Assembly (NCBI GenBank): GCA_964016885.1
Contig: OZ024743.1
Coordinates: 227,416,001-227,480,000, forward strand
Reading direction: 5' to 3'
DNA length: 64,000 nt
Origin: Eledone cirrhosa
Taxonomy: Eukaryota
Every line of letters begins with the position of its first letter. Within the stretch, counting starts at the first letter, position 1. Both the position numbers and the translations under genes were made by a program. Positions 29,821 through 46,047 of the stretch are shown here, piece by piece. The notes below the pieces were generated by a model, which saw only the letters and a list, made by a program, of their open reading frames with translations, ran no database searches and was not told the origin of the DNA.

Positions 29821-30482
29821 GTATTAAAATTTAAAGAAATATAACCTGTCAGGCCTCCTGCCAATTACCGTATAATATATATATATATATATATATTTAA
29901 ACAACAGATTAAAGTTTAAGCAAATAATCGTTGCTTTCACCCTTCAACTTTAATCTGTTATTTTAATAAGTATTTGCTTTAGGGTTCTTTTATATTTGAT
30001 ACATATTCATCCTTATCGAGCCTTCTTTGGATTTTAGTCTTCTCATTTATTATTATTACTATATATATATATATATATTAGAAAGTGAGGTTTTTTTTTA
30101 CAAAATGAAAAATAACCGAGGTGTCCTACACGAGTGAAAGTATAAAGAAAAGAGATGTAGACCGATAAAACCGATAGTTTTATCGGTCTACATCAGCCAT
30201 GTAGACCGATAAAACTATTTGTATAAAATAAGAAAATTAAAAAAAAAAAAAAAATTTTTTTTTAAATTAACTTACTTACTTAAATTTTCACTCCAACTAA
30301 TTAGTTTCTGCAATGGGATAAAGACAGTTACGTAATGAACTGTTGAGAATTTCATTGCGTCATCAGGGAAGTCATTCTCAGCCAAGTCTCCAGGCAACGC
30401 GCGGACACTGGGGACTCATATAAAAATAATAATAATTCGGTACATGGAACAGCTATCGAGGACTGGATTCCAGGTACTGAAA

Positions 30483-30605
<123 letters not shown>

Positions 30606-32860
30606 GGAACGTTCTAGCAGCTGTTAGAGTACCCAGTCATAATGTTGCAAGAGCGGCATAAGGCAACTTCTACCCGGGTGAAAACCATACTGTGTCAGTT
30701 AGAAGACCATTTTCCTCTAGAAAAGTAATCATATTCCTTCTGATGATTAGTTCCATGACTTTTCTGATATATGAGGTCGGGGAATCATGTCTATATGTTT
30801 TATCATCTGCTCTGCTTCCTCCTTTATGGATAAGACATATTATACCCTCTTTTAATTTTCCGGGTAGTTTACCACTTGCAAGAGGGCTTTGAAAGAGGAT
30901 CTGCAGTGGTTTTGCGAATGTTCGTGTGCATGTTTTTAGGAAGGAAAACCATCAGTGCCAGCAACTGAATTTCACTTCATTTCATCTATGGCTGATATTA
31001 CATCTTTCTAATTTATATCTATATAGTTGATGGTTGCCATTTCTCTGTGTAATACAGTGGTGTTAATGAGGCAGTCACTTTTGCAAATTTAAAGAAAGCC
31101 TTGGCATTCATCTTTCATGTATTCTATACTCTCCATTTCATGGGAGAGTTTGAGTTCCTTTTCAATGTTAAACAGTGTCTAATTTATATTTTCCTTCTCC
31201 GTCTCTAAAAAAATGTTCCTCTCTCTGGAAATAATAATTTTGTGTCTTCTGTAGACCTTTCATTCGGGGTTAAACAGAGCATGTGGCTTGTCTTATTTCC
31301 ATGAATTGCATACGTTGTAAGTTTACACCTTCCCTAGAAAGACTGTCGATCCAATTTTGCTTCAATATCTTTTCCTGAATCCTTATCTAGTTAGCTTTGA
31401 GGAAGTTTAGGCTGGATAGAAACCGAGTGCTTTCTGTCGGCTGCACATCTATAGTCTTTCTCGGATTATACGTTACTAGTACTCCTATTATCTGATCCAA
31501 GAAATTCGTTAGAGTCATTTTCAGATTGTTGTTGAGCTCCGTGTTACTTGTGAAACAGAGATCCAGGATATTCTCACCTCTTGTTGGATGCTGTACAATT
31601 TGTTCCATGAATATTCTGTTTATAAGGTCCAGCAAGGATTCTGTCTGCCTTTGTTCATGACACGTCATTCTTGATAGGGAGGTGGGGCTTTGGCCCACTT
31701 GCTCTTAGGGAGGCTAAAATCTCCCAGCAATAGTATTTTGAGACAGTGATCCAAATTGATTAGTATTTTTTCCATCTTTCTGAGCATATCTTCAAATTTG
31801 TCTCCATGACTAAAGGCGTCTGGTAGTCGATATGTTACACATATTACCATTTTGCGTTGCTTTATGTTTTATGTTAGTATGTCACTAGAATGTGAGAACT
31901 ACGAATGGTGTGACATCTTCACGGATGTACAAAGCAACTCCACCATGAGTTCTCTCCCTCCTCACAGTACGAAGTGATCATATTGTAGTATGCTTATTTC
32001 CACATTTGCTATGCTAGCTGTCAGGTAAGTTATAATTAGTGCCATGCATGTTGCTTGTGACTAGGTCTCTCGGGTAGGGGACCTTATTCATGTTGATCAG
32101 TTATAACAGGCCTGGTTGTAGCACTGGTTTGGCATTTGTGGTGTCAGTGGTGGCCGCTGATATGGCATTCGCGAAGTTGTCCGTGGTGGCCAACCTTGGT
32201 TCTTTATTTGTCGTGGTAGCTTATGTCGGTGTGACTTACTTTAGCATTGGATCTGATGTAACCATGTCAGCTGCCTCACAATCTTTTCTATAAAAGATTG
32301 TTGCTCCGCAGCTAAAATCTGTACTCCTTTATAGTGTCGGTATGAGCAACATTATCATATTTTCTAGGCCTGTGTACTGCTTTGATTGGAGTATTTTGGA
32401 TTAGCAGATTGGGTATAGCTCGCATAGAGTCTGGAGTGTGCAGTCTATTCCAGCTTCCCCATGTCAGCAGCTCCCTTTCTTATACAACAGAGTAATTGGG
32501 ATTTTATTCTGAGGGTCTCTGTTTTTCTTTTTTCTTGGCTTCTTCGCTTAGCATTTATACATTGGTCGCCTCCTGCCAGTTTATTTACATTTATCTTCTT
32601 ATTGGGGTCTGTCTGATGTGTCTTTAATTTACAATTGACGCATTCCAGTGTTTCATTGTCTTTTTCATCCCTGGTAGTGTCTGTGTCGCAGGACATTTCA
32701 CTCTCAGCTACCCTGGGTCATATGTGACTCGTATGTTTTCTTTTTTTTTTCTTTGTCTTCTTCTTAGGTTTTCTCTTTAAAGATATGGCTCAGAAAATCT
32801 TATGGTGCGTATGATGAAGCAGATCGCCACAGACAGAACATCTATCATCACCAGAGGTGA
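30606..32860 (-). mobile_element. CR1-like LINE 5' part (ORF1 remnant, AP endonuclease, start of RT), pseudogenised
   Basis: GGVALY, TYRLP, LLLGDFSLP, EQIVQHPTRGENILDLCFTSN, IHKGGS; Cys-containing ORF1 remnant LECVNCKLKTH. Confidence 0.8.
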
Positions 32861-32909
32861 AAAATTGTCTTACTTATCTCAACTAATAATTAATTATATA
32901 TATATATAT

Positions 32910-33330
32910 GATCTCCCTTTTCTTTAAATCCATCAACCATGACTGACCCCCAATGATCTTATAGACACCTGTTAGCTTAAGAGAAACTTAAAAATAAGGA
33001 GTGGCACCCCATCCTGAACTTGTTTATATAATTCTTTCTGCCTTTGTTACTCTAAAAATAAACTATAGCTTTGAAGAATTAGCTTTTAATGAATTCCCTT
33101 TTCTATCAACCAAAGACCTACAGCCATCCCACTCCCTACCCTCTCCTACCACCTGAAGAGACCTATAAATACCATACTTATTTTTTGATACCCAGATTCC
33201 TGATGATTTCTAAAGAATTAAACAGTTCTAGTCCTGTAGAATCTCATCTATATTAAAACTTTTATACTCTGCAATGTATTGAGTACCTTACTTACTGTGG
33301 TTACCTCCGACTCAACCCGGAATAACGTAC
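32910..33330 (+). mobile_element. non-coding pLTR-like repeat (family C) between (TA)n tracts
   Basis: homologous to 38141-38385 (-), 37040-37170 (+) and 46706-46782 (-); contains an HHR. Confidence 0.75.
33194..33244 (+). ncRNA. hammerhead ribozyme (family C), core mutated GAAA>TAAA
   Basis: AGATTC-CTGATGA-T(TTC taaa GAA)T-TAAA-CAG ttctagtc CTG-TA-GAATCT. Confidence 0.7.
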
Positions 33331-33331
33331 G

Positions 33332-33365
<34 letters not shown>

Positions 33366-33472
33366 CATATATATAATTTGTATAATAAAATAAATATGCC
33401 TATACTCTCCCAACCTATGAAGTACCTTTTCTAACTATGGTCACCTCCCGAAATATATCGGAAAATCACGAA

Positions 33473-33538
<66 letters not shown>

Positions 33539-33926
33539 TGAGAAAAGGGAGAAGGGGAGAGTTTATTTATTTCTAATTACAATTCTTCCTATGTATTTCC
33601 CTATACATGTGTAGGCTACCATACACATAATATTAAGTAGAGTGAGATTCCTAAACAAAATTTGGTTCAGAGAAAAGAGACGGCAATTCTGGTATTTGCG
33701 AGATTACCTTATTAGATGTGTGATTTGGAAATCAATAACTGGGGTTAAAGTACCTTTCACCTGAACTATGCTGTACTGGCTGGCCTTTTCATCATGCTGA
33801 GTGAGATGAGATGTAAAGAAATTCCGCATTATGGATTAGGATTTGAAAGAAAACGGTGACACTTGAAGGAGAAAATACATGGCCATGTTATCAACAGCTA
33901 AACAATGACTCACCAGGATTAATAAT

Positions 33927-33964
<38 letters not shown>

Positions 33965-34132
33965 AAACCCATACACACACCCATACACACATGCATGCAT
34001 GCATACACATATACATACACACACATACATATATATGTATATATATGTATATAAATATATACATATATATATATATATATACATATGTATATATATATAT
34101 ATATATATATATTTATACACACATACACACAC

Positions 34133-34177
<45 letters not shown>

Positions 34178-34179
<2 letters not shown>

Positions 34180-34338
34180 ATATAAGATCAAAAGATGGTT
34201 AAAAGAGTTCCATGTATTTTATTATGCGCATTTCAAAAATAAATATCATCATGCAATAACATTTGCGTTTTCGTCAGATAAAATAGGGAGACATGATATG
34301 AAGGTTAAAACACACTTGTGAATAGTGCAGTTTTAAAT

Positions 34339-34346
<8 letters not shown>
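34178..34346 (-). mobile_element. solo family A pLTR arm with HHR at 34215-34285
   Basis: near-identical to 18725-18892 and 39090-39256; between (TA)n/(TAA)n tracts. Confidence 0.9.
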
Positions 34347-34370
<24 letters not shown>

Positions 34371-34429
34371 TTCAATGTATAAATGTATTCAGGTACATAT
34401 TCGTATATAGATATTATATGAGAAGCCAC

Positions 34430-35390
34430 TACACTCCATGCTTAGGTTTTATTCTGGAATTTTTGTTGTCTCCCCAATAGGACCTACGCCTGCTATACAA
34501 TGTTTGCTTGCGGTCTTTTCTATCTAGATCGCATAAGTTGCCACTCAGAAACAAATAATATATTTCGTGTGTCATTGTGTAACAGTGAATAAAGAATATA
34601 TTTGATTCGGACATGGCCCATGTATTCAACGCGGTATAAATCCGGAAATTTGACTCGCAACGGATCTAAAATATACAGCCCAACCAAATCGCATATATCA
34701 GTACTATTAACTGATCCCATTGAGACATGGAATAAGTCTGATAGAGTTTATTTTAGGGGCCCAGGCTACTCCATTATTGAAAAATGTGTCTTTTCCTGCA
34801 GTGGGTTATGATCTGTCTGGCCAAGTTATAGACAGTTGTGTATGTAGTACTGAACTCCAAAGCTTTATCCGAAATTGTCCCTGAGATCGCCGGGTCGACG
34901 TCCACTATGTCCAACTCAGTGAATTTAAGTTTGTTCGTGTTGAAGAAGATAAACCACATAACAATAGATTCGCTGTAGATTCCTAATAGTACTGACTAGT
35001 TCTATGAGTATAGATTTGTTAACTAGCTCTATCGCTGTCCGTGCTAGATTTAACAGTCTGCAAGTTGGCTTAGTAGCAAAACCGGCCTTCGCGTTCAATA
35101 GCCATTCTAGTTTCTTATCTACAATAAAGGTGGAGGCTAGGTACTTGGCTTCGCTCTTGATGTTAATTGGTTTACCTACCTTATTACTCAAGTTCTGCCA
35201 TATGCATCTCAGAATCTAACCAACTCACAAATTCTGATGCTATTGCTATAACATTACACGAATTGAAGAATCTTTCGGGTGAAACGCGTGATTTCATGTA
35301 TAGTTTGTTCATTTCTTGTGGAACTAAATCTATAAGGAACTCGTCCTGTAGATTCGGTGCTCTATAATCCCTCGGTCTTTCACTACTCTC
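34430..35390 (-). pseudogene. old Naiad-type PLE reverse transcriptase relic
   Basis: INIKSEAKYLAS, KPTCRLLNLAR..VNKSIL, WF..KLKFTELDIVDVDPAIS..KALEF, MGSVNSTDICDLVGLYIL. Confidence 0.75.
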
Positions 35391-35550
35391 TCTCTCTATC
35401 TACCTACCTATCTATCTAAATATATATATATCTATACACACACGCACACACACACATATATATATAAGCGTTTGCTTTCATTGATATACAAATATATTAA
35501 ACCATATATATATGTGTATATATACACACATATATACACACCCACCCACC

Positions 35551-35605
<55 letters not shown>

Positions 35606-35750
35606 AAATATATATATATATATGGGGGAGGGCAATGCACCAACTTACATATTCTTATACCTATTTTTAGAGTGATTTTAATGACATCCCTATGTGTCTC
35701 GTGAATGTATATTTCATGATAAACATATTGAAATTTTGTGTCATATATAT

Positions 35751-35884
<134 letters not shown>

Positions 35885-36002
35885 CATTATTGTCACTGAT
35901 ATCGTTAAGTTAAATTCAATGTAAAAATCCATAGATTTAATAGCCTGTGAAGATATGGATATCAACAAATTTAATAGTCAGTAAAGATATTTATACCGAT
36001 AA

Positions 36003-36042
<40 letters not shown>

Positions 36043-36107
36043 ATGTATATGTATGTCTCTCTCTTTCTCACTATTTATTTATATATCTATATATGAGAAG
36101 AGAAAGA

Positions 36108-36154
<47 letters not shown>

Positions 36155-36490
36155 TGTGTGTGTTTATTTATTAAAAAGGCCATTTTTTTCTCTTTTTCGT
36201 AAGGTGATACCGATACCAACAAATTTAATACTTATGTAAACATTGATATCAATAAATTTAACCGTTTATGAAAATACTGTTATTGATAAATTCAGTATTC
36301 AGTAAGGATTTTTGATATCTATGAATTTAATACGGTGCAAACATAGTTGTATCCATAAATTAAATTATATCCTGTGAAGATATATAGACATCGATATATT
36401 TTATACTCCATAGAGAAAGCTATATTTATAAATTTCATGTGCCGGAAACATATTGATATCGTATATAGATTGTATAATCTATACGATTAT
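35885..36490. repeat. degenerate minisatellite (TGATATCnATAAATTTAAT-like unit) interrupted by microsatellites
   Basis: about ten diverged recurrences of the motif. Confidence 0.55.
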
Positions 36491-36720
36491 GAAAATCTGT
36501 AGCATTCAATATTATTTAAATTAGATGGGTTAGCTAGACAGATTTTTTTTTTAGTATATTTTTTTCATTATATTTTATTTTAGTGATGTTGTCATTGTTC
36601 CTGTTGTTTTGTGTTTGAAACTGGTGAATCTTTGATCCCGGAATGTTGAATTAATATTCATCTACTTCTGAGATAATATGCAGTTGTTTCATGTATATAT
36701 ATATATATATATATATATAG

Positions 36721-36805
<85 letters not shown>

Positions 36806-37044
36806 ATTATGTCATTTATTTTGTCTGACCCGTTTAGCTTGACTTGTTTTTTGGCTTAGGTGGTTAAAGCCTTCTTGACCGCCTTCTCAGTTTGTATGGC
36901 GTTTATAACCTATGTTTATAGCTCTGGTTTTTTTAGCCTGGAGCGCTTACCAGCATGACTCTGAATTTGCGTTACGTTTCGCTTTTTCTACCCGCCGAAA
37001 TTCGATTCTCGCTGAATTTTATATTTATATGTATATATATCATC

Positions 37045-37098
37045 AGGGTTTCCTGATGATTTCTCCCGAATGAAACAGTTCTAGTCCTGTAGAAGCCT
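37045..37098 (+). ncRNA. type I hammerhead ribozyme (family C), intact core
   Basis: GGGTTTC-CTGATGA-T(TTC tccc GAA)T-GAAA-CAG ttctagtc CTG-TA-GAAGCCT. Confidence 0.8.
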
Positions 37099-37984
37099 AT
37101 ATTAAATATTTATACTCTGGTTTGTATTGAGTACCTTACTTACTGTGTATTTAACCCGGGATAAACTTATATATATTTTTTTTTGTGTGTGTATGTGTGC
37201 GTGTGTGTGTGTATGTGTGTGTGTGTGTGTGTGTATGTGTGTCACCACCCTCGGTTTTAAATCCCCATCCGTTTCCTCCACCTACTATTACCACTAACCT
37301 CTATCCACACACACACACCAATATCCATTTAGAAACTTAGGCACACAGACATTTGCACCATTTCTGCACATATGCATCTACACACCTTACCCAAACCCAT
37401 ATCACCTGCAGACATACCACACATCCCCTCCTTTTAACCACACAAACACACACATATACTTGCACATCTACACATACACCCACGCTTCACCACACACCGC
37501 TTCCGGATTTGACACGATCTCATCACATTCCCCCGTCCCCCTCCACCCCCACACATATATACACACCTACACCATTGCAGGGACTATACATGCACAGACA
37601 TACACTCCAACCCAACACAGACACAATGGTTTCTCAAAACCCACATTCACATACACTCGCTTCCCTCCAGACTCTCACACTTACATCCACACATACACAC
37701 ACACTTTCATCTACACTTTCGCCGCTCGGACACTAATTTTCTTGTTTTCACCCAACCCACCTCCCTCTCTCCACCTCCACCCACCCCTTACACACAATCA
37801 CACCCTTACCATCCCGGACCGCCCTCATTTTCACATTTGTTTAGATTCTTTTTTATATATGTATTTTTTAAATTCTCCTTTTATTTATTTGGATTTTCAT
37901 GTTTATTTTTATTTCTATTTTTCCCGTCCTTTCATGTTCTTCTTGTTAACTGCCCTCCTCATTCCCTCTCAGAGTTCCTCCCTA

Positions 37985-38022
37985 CTTTCCTGACGAAGGA
38001 CTTTTGTCCGAAACGTTCTAAC
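37985..38022 (+). ncRNA. minimal hammerhead-like motif at the end of a pyrimidine/CA-rich PLE-like 3' UTR
   Basis: CTGACGA-A-GGAC tttt GTCC-GAAA-CG-TT; stem I not convincing. Confidence 0.55.
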
Positions 38023-38099
38023 CTCTCCCACTCTCACCAAGCGTTAAGCTAATAACACTATATACCATTGACTCCTGCATTTATTTGATTGTCCTTTTG

Positions 38100-38143
<44 letters not shown>

Positions 38144-38155
38144 TTAATATAGATG

Positions 38156-38206
38156 AGATTCTACAGGACTAGAACTGTTTCATTCATTAGAAATCATCAG
38201 GAATCT
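38156..38206 (-). ncRNA. type I hammerhead ribozyme (family C), intact core
   Basis: minus strand AGATTC-CTGATGA-T(TTC taat GAA)T-GAAA-CAG ttctagtc CTG-TA-GAATCT. Confidence 0.85.
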
Positions 38207-38388
38207 GGGTATCAAAAAATAAATATGGTATTTATAGGTCTCTACAAGTGGTAGGAGAGGGTGGGGAGTGGGATGGGTGCAGGTCATTGGTTGATAGAAA
38301 AGGGAATTCATTAAAAGCTAATTCTACAAAGCTATAGTTTATTTTTATTTATTTATGTTTTTAGAGTAACAAGGGCAGACAGAATTCT

Positions 38389-39096
<708 letters not shown>

Positions 39097-39126
39097 AGAT
39101 CAAAAGATGGTTAAAGGAGTTCCATG

Positions 39127-39197
39127 TATTTTATTATGCGCATTTCAAAAACAAACATCATCATGCAATAATATTTGTGTTTTCATCAGATAAAACA
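39127..39197 (-). ncRNA. type I hammerhead ribozyme (family A)
   Basis: mirror of 39316-39386. Confidence 0.85.
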
Positions 39198-39315
39198 GGA
39201 GAACATGATATGAAGGCTAAAAAACACTTGTGGATAGTGCAGTTTTAAATCAACATATGTTGATTTAAAACTGCACTATCCACAAGTGTTTTTTAGCCTT
39301 CATATCATGTTCTCC

Positions 39316-39386
39316 TGTTTTATCTGATGAAAACACAAATATTATTGCATGATGATGTTTGTTTTTGAAATGCGCATAATAAAATA
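39316..39386 (+). ncRNA. type I hammerhead ribozyme (family A)
   Basis: TGTTTTAT-CTGATGA-AAACACAAATATTAT tgc ATGATGATGTTTGTTTTT-GAAA-TGCGCA-TA-ATAAAATA. Confidence 0.85.
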
Positions 39387-39507
39387 CATGGAACTCCTTT
39401 AACCATCTTTTGATCTCATATTATGTATACTCCAGTCCTACAAACTGTAGAGTGCTTCTTATCCGATATCTGCATTGCTTTATTGTACTACAATAAAACT
39501 CACCTCC

Positions 39508-39589
<82 letters not shown>

Positions 39590-41074
39590 AGTGTGTGTGT
39601 GTGTGTATAAAAGTGTGTGTGTATAGATATATATATGTGTGTGTGTGTGTAGATATATATATATATGTGTGTGTGTGGTGTGTGTGTGTGTGTGTGTGTG
39701 TGTACACAAATGTCATTGCAAAATTTTGACTAGAAATATATGATGCAGACTGTTTAATATGAAGTATGCGATTGCCCATTAAGTGCCTCTCATCAAGAGA
39801 CAGCAGATATGGGTAAAACGACGTAATGCCAATTACAATATCCATCCTTTGTTGACACATCCCCCACATCCCCATTGCTAGATTATCACATTGTTTGCAA
39901 GAGACAGTGAATGCATATTGAACTGAAATCTTAACACACACCTGGTATGTATTTCAACTGAATATTTGTTGTTTACTATGGTCTAGTTGTTCGGGTGTTG
40001 CACACAGGATCAAAAGGTCGTGGCTAGGATTTCTTGATTTGGCTGTGTATTGTGTTCTTGAGCAAATACTTTATTTCAAATTGTTTCTTTTGCTAAGATT
40101 CGTGACCGGCAGATAGTGTCAGCAATGTAATATCCACAGGAAACAATTTCATTACTCCGATCTAACGATCCGCCCTTTACCTTTTTTTATGGATATGTGA
40201 AATATTTTGTTTATAGAGGAGAGTAAAATTAACAGATTTGATGATGTCGATGTTAGTCAAATGATTAAGGTTTCTTCTAGGTTTTTGTGATGTTTACTCG
40301 GAATTGGAATCATCTATGCTACTATTCGACGTGCTAGAAGTAACAGCCAAATTTCCATGAAAATATCCTGTTTCTCTTTACTAATTAGGAAGAGAGAAAT
40401 GATTGTATGAGAATGTCATCCGTTTAATATACCAAATGCCAGATAGTAGTTTTAGATCGGTCGACTGGTTGAGAAACTTAAAGAAGAACATGATAACGTT
40501 GTTGACGTTGTTTAGCACATGATCCGTCCTACTTACAAATATGATCAAGTATGCTGTAATAATGAATATTTCAAATTTGTATCCAGAATAACTATATACA
40601 GTCCATTCCTCTTTTATTTAATGGTAGTGATATATCAGAAAAATTTGCAAGTCGAGCATCCACAATAAGATATTACTCATTGAGTTGTTGCTGTTGTCGT
40701 CGTTGTTGTTGTTGGAAGTGGCGGTGGTGGCGTCATCAACGTGGTGGTATTGGTGCTAATGGCGTAGGTCCATGTGGTGGCCGCCATCATGTGATTGCTG
40801 TTGTTTGTGTTGCTGGTGATATTTCTCGTAGTATTGTTGATGATAGTGCTGGTAGAATTGGTAATGTTGGTGCTATTGTCACAAATATTGGTGTTGTTTT
40901 TGGTTCTCTAGTTGATTCTTAGAGTAATATTGTTATTGGTGTGGGTAACTATGGCAACTAGATAATGGAGATAATACTATACTAAATGTACTTAGGTAAT
41001 TGAACTACTGATACAAAGGGGACGAAGAACTGTATATGTACATACACGTATAAGATTGCACATAACAAACACGT

Positions 41075-42388
<1,314 letters not shown>

Positions 42389-42931
42389 GATAGAGATGAA
42401 GTGATAAAAGCAGAAAGAAAGACATACACGTATACAGACATACAACACATACAGACAAACAGACAGGCAGCCAGTCAGAAAGATGCTAGTGATTATGTTA
42501 ATAGCTGTCATTTTTACAGCTACACCGACTGATCAGAGAAAGAAATAGATTAGATAATTAGACAGGTTTGGTGATATTCTTGCATTGGTAAAGGCATTCT
42601 AAATAATAGTAAGTGACTTCCATGGAGAAATTCTCCTTAGGATTTAGTGATAGAAATCTCCTCTTTCTGCTTCCTTTATCAACACGCAGCTCGCTAGCTC
42701 TAAGAAGCAGCAGATCAATAGATGTGTGATAAACTTTATCAATAAACTTGGTGATGGCATTGCACTCTATAACTGTTAGAAAATTTAGAAATTGTGCGAA
42801 TTCTATCATTCTTTTGTATGTAATGTTCTTTGGTAGTAGTTAGTTAGTGTTACATGTAGAGGGAAATATAGAGAGATATAGATAAAGAAGGAGTGTATGT
42901 TTGTGTAATACACACACACACGCATACACAC

Positions 42932-42999
<68 letters not shown>

Positions 43000-43183
43000 A
43001 GACATTTATATGTGTATAGACATACATATGTATACATATATATATATGTGTACATATATATATGTATACATATATATATATGTATATATGTATATATATA
43101 TATATATATGTATGTATACTTATATATATATATATATGTATACATATGTATGTATACCTATATATATATGTATACATATGTGT

Positions 43184-43258
<75 letters not shown>

Positions 43259-44120
43259 TGTGTGTGTGTGTGTTACGACAGAAAAATAGAGGGGGCTTGT
43301 GAGTGAAACATAATATTAAAGAGATAGTGAGAAAAATTGAGTTGGTGAGAGAAAGATAATGTTAAAAGGGAAAGGGGGAGAAGGGAGGACTGCTTGTATG
43401 AATGATATACACACACACCATGAAGAATGTTATTTTTCCTGTATCTTTTATTGATATATCTAATCAACGTAACTCAACTCTGTCGTTTTCTATTTAAATT
43501 CGATACTTTTAAATCAAGTGTATCAAGGAATATATATTCCGCTGAGAGGGTCTAACAAGTTGGAAACATGTTCTATGCGTTCACTAGTTTTAGGACAAAA
43601 TGGTCCAGCCCTTACTGCATTGTCCTTACTTTCCCCAGACTTAGATTACCTGATATTGCTTGATTCATGCCTTTTGTTTGTGGGATTATTTTAATTGGAA
43701 CAAATGTAAAGGGAGTGCTTGTCTTCAGATTCCATTGATGATCATCCGAAACATCAGATCCTTCTTTTTTGTCAGTCAGTGCAAATATTTTCATTGTACA
43801 CCTTTTGTTTTACATATTTGTGAATATTATTCGTCCATCCAGTAAAACGTGGAATATTCTCGCGATGCCTCTCACTTAATATTCCGGAAACCACAATTGT
43901 CCTCATTACCTCTCCAAGGAACTACGTATGTCTTAGCAATCAATTATCTCCCTTAATAAGGTGGGTTAGCTAATTTCCTTCGACTATAATTGGGAGCCTC
44001 TATCTCTTGATTTCAAACCATTAACTACTAACAAAATTATTCTAACACAGCATCGTACCGTCTTTCTACGAATTTTGCCATCGCACTGACACCTACGTAG
44101 CTGATTGTAAGTATTAGCTA

Positions 44121-44245
44121 CAGCGTGGCCCAAAAGTCGCGATACATAAAAAAATAATTATGTTTTATAAGAAACAATTTATTCAAAATAAATAAATATA
44201 AAACATGATTATTTTTTGATGTATCGCAACTTTTGGGTCACCCTG
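44121..44245. mobile_element. Tc1/mariner-type MITE
   Basis: ~48-bp imperfect TIRs CAGCGTGGCCCAAAAGTCGCGATACAT.../...ATGTATCGCAACTTTTGGGTCACCCTG with TA on both sides. Confidence 0.85.
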
Positions 44246-44977
44246 TATAAGCATTCACCTTTACTGAAATATAACTTTGAGAAAGTTAAACTTTTAATAA
44301 ATCTAGAATTTCTTACTGTTATATGTCCATCTACTTTTGCTCGTTGCGCACGTTCTATTTAGTAGCAATTAGAAACTATCAAGTAAAACCTAGTTATACC
44401 TAGCAGTAGCCACCAACTGCTCCTTACAACATGTAATCTGAATTAACCAATGTGGAAGAGCTTAACTCTCCATAGCTATCACCAAGAAGCTCTATTTGGA
44501 AACTGTCAGCGATTTTCCACACAGGAGTCACGTTTGAACGGTTAGGGGTGTTATTTCGCACTCCTTTAGTAACACAATTCTGAATTCTTAATATACATGT
44601 ATATACGCGTGTACGTTCCTTTTCTGTGTTTGTCTGTATGTGTGCGTGAGTAAACGCATATCAGAGTCTGTCTATACATACATAAACTCACACACATATG
44701 GCGCTGAATTTTATCCAATAAAGCAAGCAAAATATTTTCAAAATGTACAGTTCTAGTTGTTTTGTAAGTCGTATATATCTTGTTCCACCTCCTACATCCC
44801 CACCTCTCTTGTTTTTCACCCTCCACTTCCCCGTTACCTCCTGCTAGTTCATGTATTTTATTAATCGTATTACCTCTCCTTTTCTTTCTTCGCCTCGGTT
44901 GATTTCAGTGAATAAAGCCCCTCCCATATAGATTTGTAACCTTTTGTTGATATAACTAATCACTTATATCAATAATA

Positions 44978-45114
<137 letters not shown>

Positions 45115-45119
45115 ATATG

Positions 45120-45150
<31 letters not shown>

Positions 45151-45205
45151 CTATGTGTATATATATATATGTATATACACATATATATACATATATGTAT
45201 CAATG

Positions 45206-45274
<69 letters not shown>

Positions 45275-45412
45275 GTATGTGTGTATATTTTTGTGTATAT
45301 ATATATGAATATATATATGTATATATATGAATATATATATATAAATATATATATACACAAATATATACAGTATATACACATATATACAAATATATACATA
45401 TATATGTATATA

Positions 45413-45461
<49 letters not shown>

Positions 45462-45677
45462 ATGTGTGTGTGCGTGTGTGTGTGTGTGTGAGTGTGTGTG
45501 TGTGTGTGTGCGTGAGCGTGGGAGTGTATGTGTGAGTGTGTGAGTGTGTGCGTGTATTTATATGCACATACATCCATCGGGAAAACGTTTTTCTTGCCTG
45601 CACATTCCGATTCCTTCTGAAGATATCCATATTTGATAAATATATTTATTAATTTTTGTTTGTTTGTGTCTGTGTAC

Positions 45678-45730
<53 letters not shown>

Positions 45731-46047
45731 TGTGTGGGTGCATTTGTATTTATTCGTGTGTCTGTGCACACGCATGCGCCTGCTTATCTATATCGATAAT
45801 ATTTCATTAAGAAAATTATGTCCACCACCTAAGTGAATGCAAAGTATGCGACTACTTGAAATATAGGCCATGTAACAATGCCTTATATACATGATCGTGC
45901 TATTACTTTCGTGCACTATAAAACAGCTTGCTGAATGAACTAAACATGCTTAAATATTACACAAATATTACACACACGCTTAGGTATATATATATATATA
46001 TATATATAATGTTAAAATATAAATATTAATGTTCTTTTGATCAATTA

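Larger units (their letters stand above)
39090..39510. mobile_element. miniature palindromic PLE derivative (family A) with 3' tail
   Basis: 167-bp arms 39090-39256 and 39257-39423 with no spacer; tail 39424-39510 matches 23800-23885. Confidence 0.9.

Noticed and set aside
30344-30381. Minus-strand CTGATGA-CGCAAT-GAAA with TGAGAA/TTCTCA pairing as a type III hammerhead
   Set aside because: Stems I and II cannot form and the cleavage triplet is wrong
42558-43850. Short non-repetitive ORFs as host exons
   Set aside because: No recognisable domain or splice support; the 43.5-43.8 kb part loosely resembles an ancient Dong-like relic
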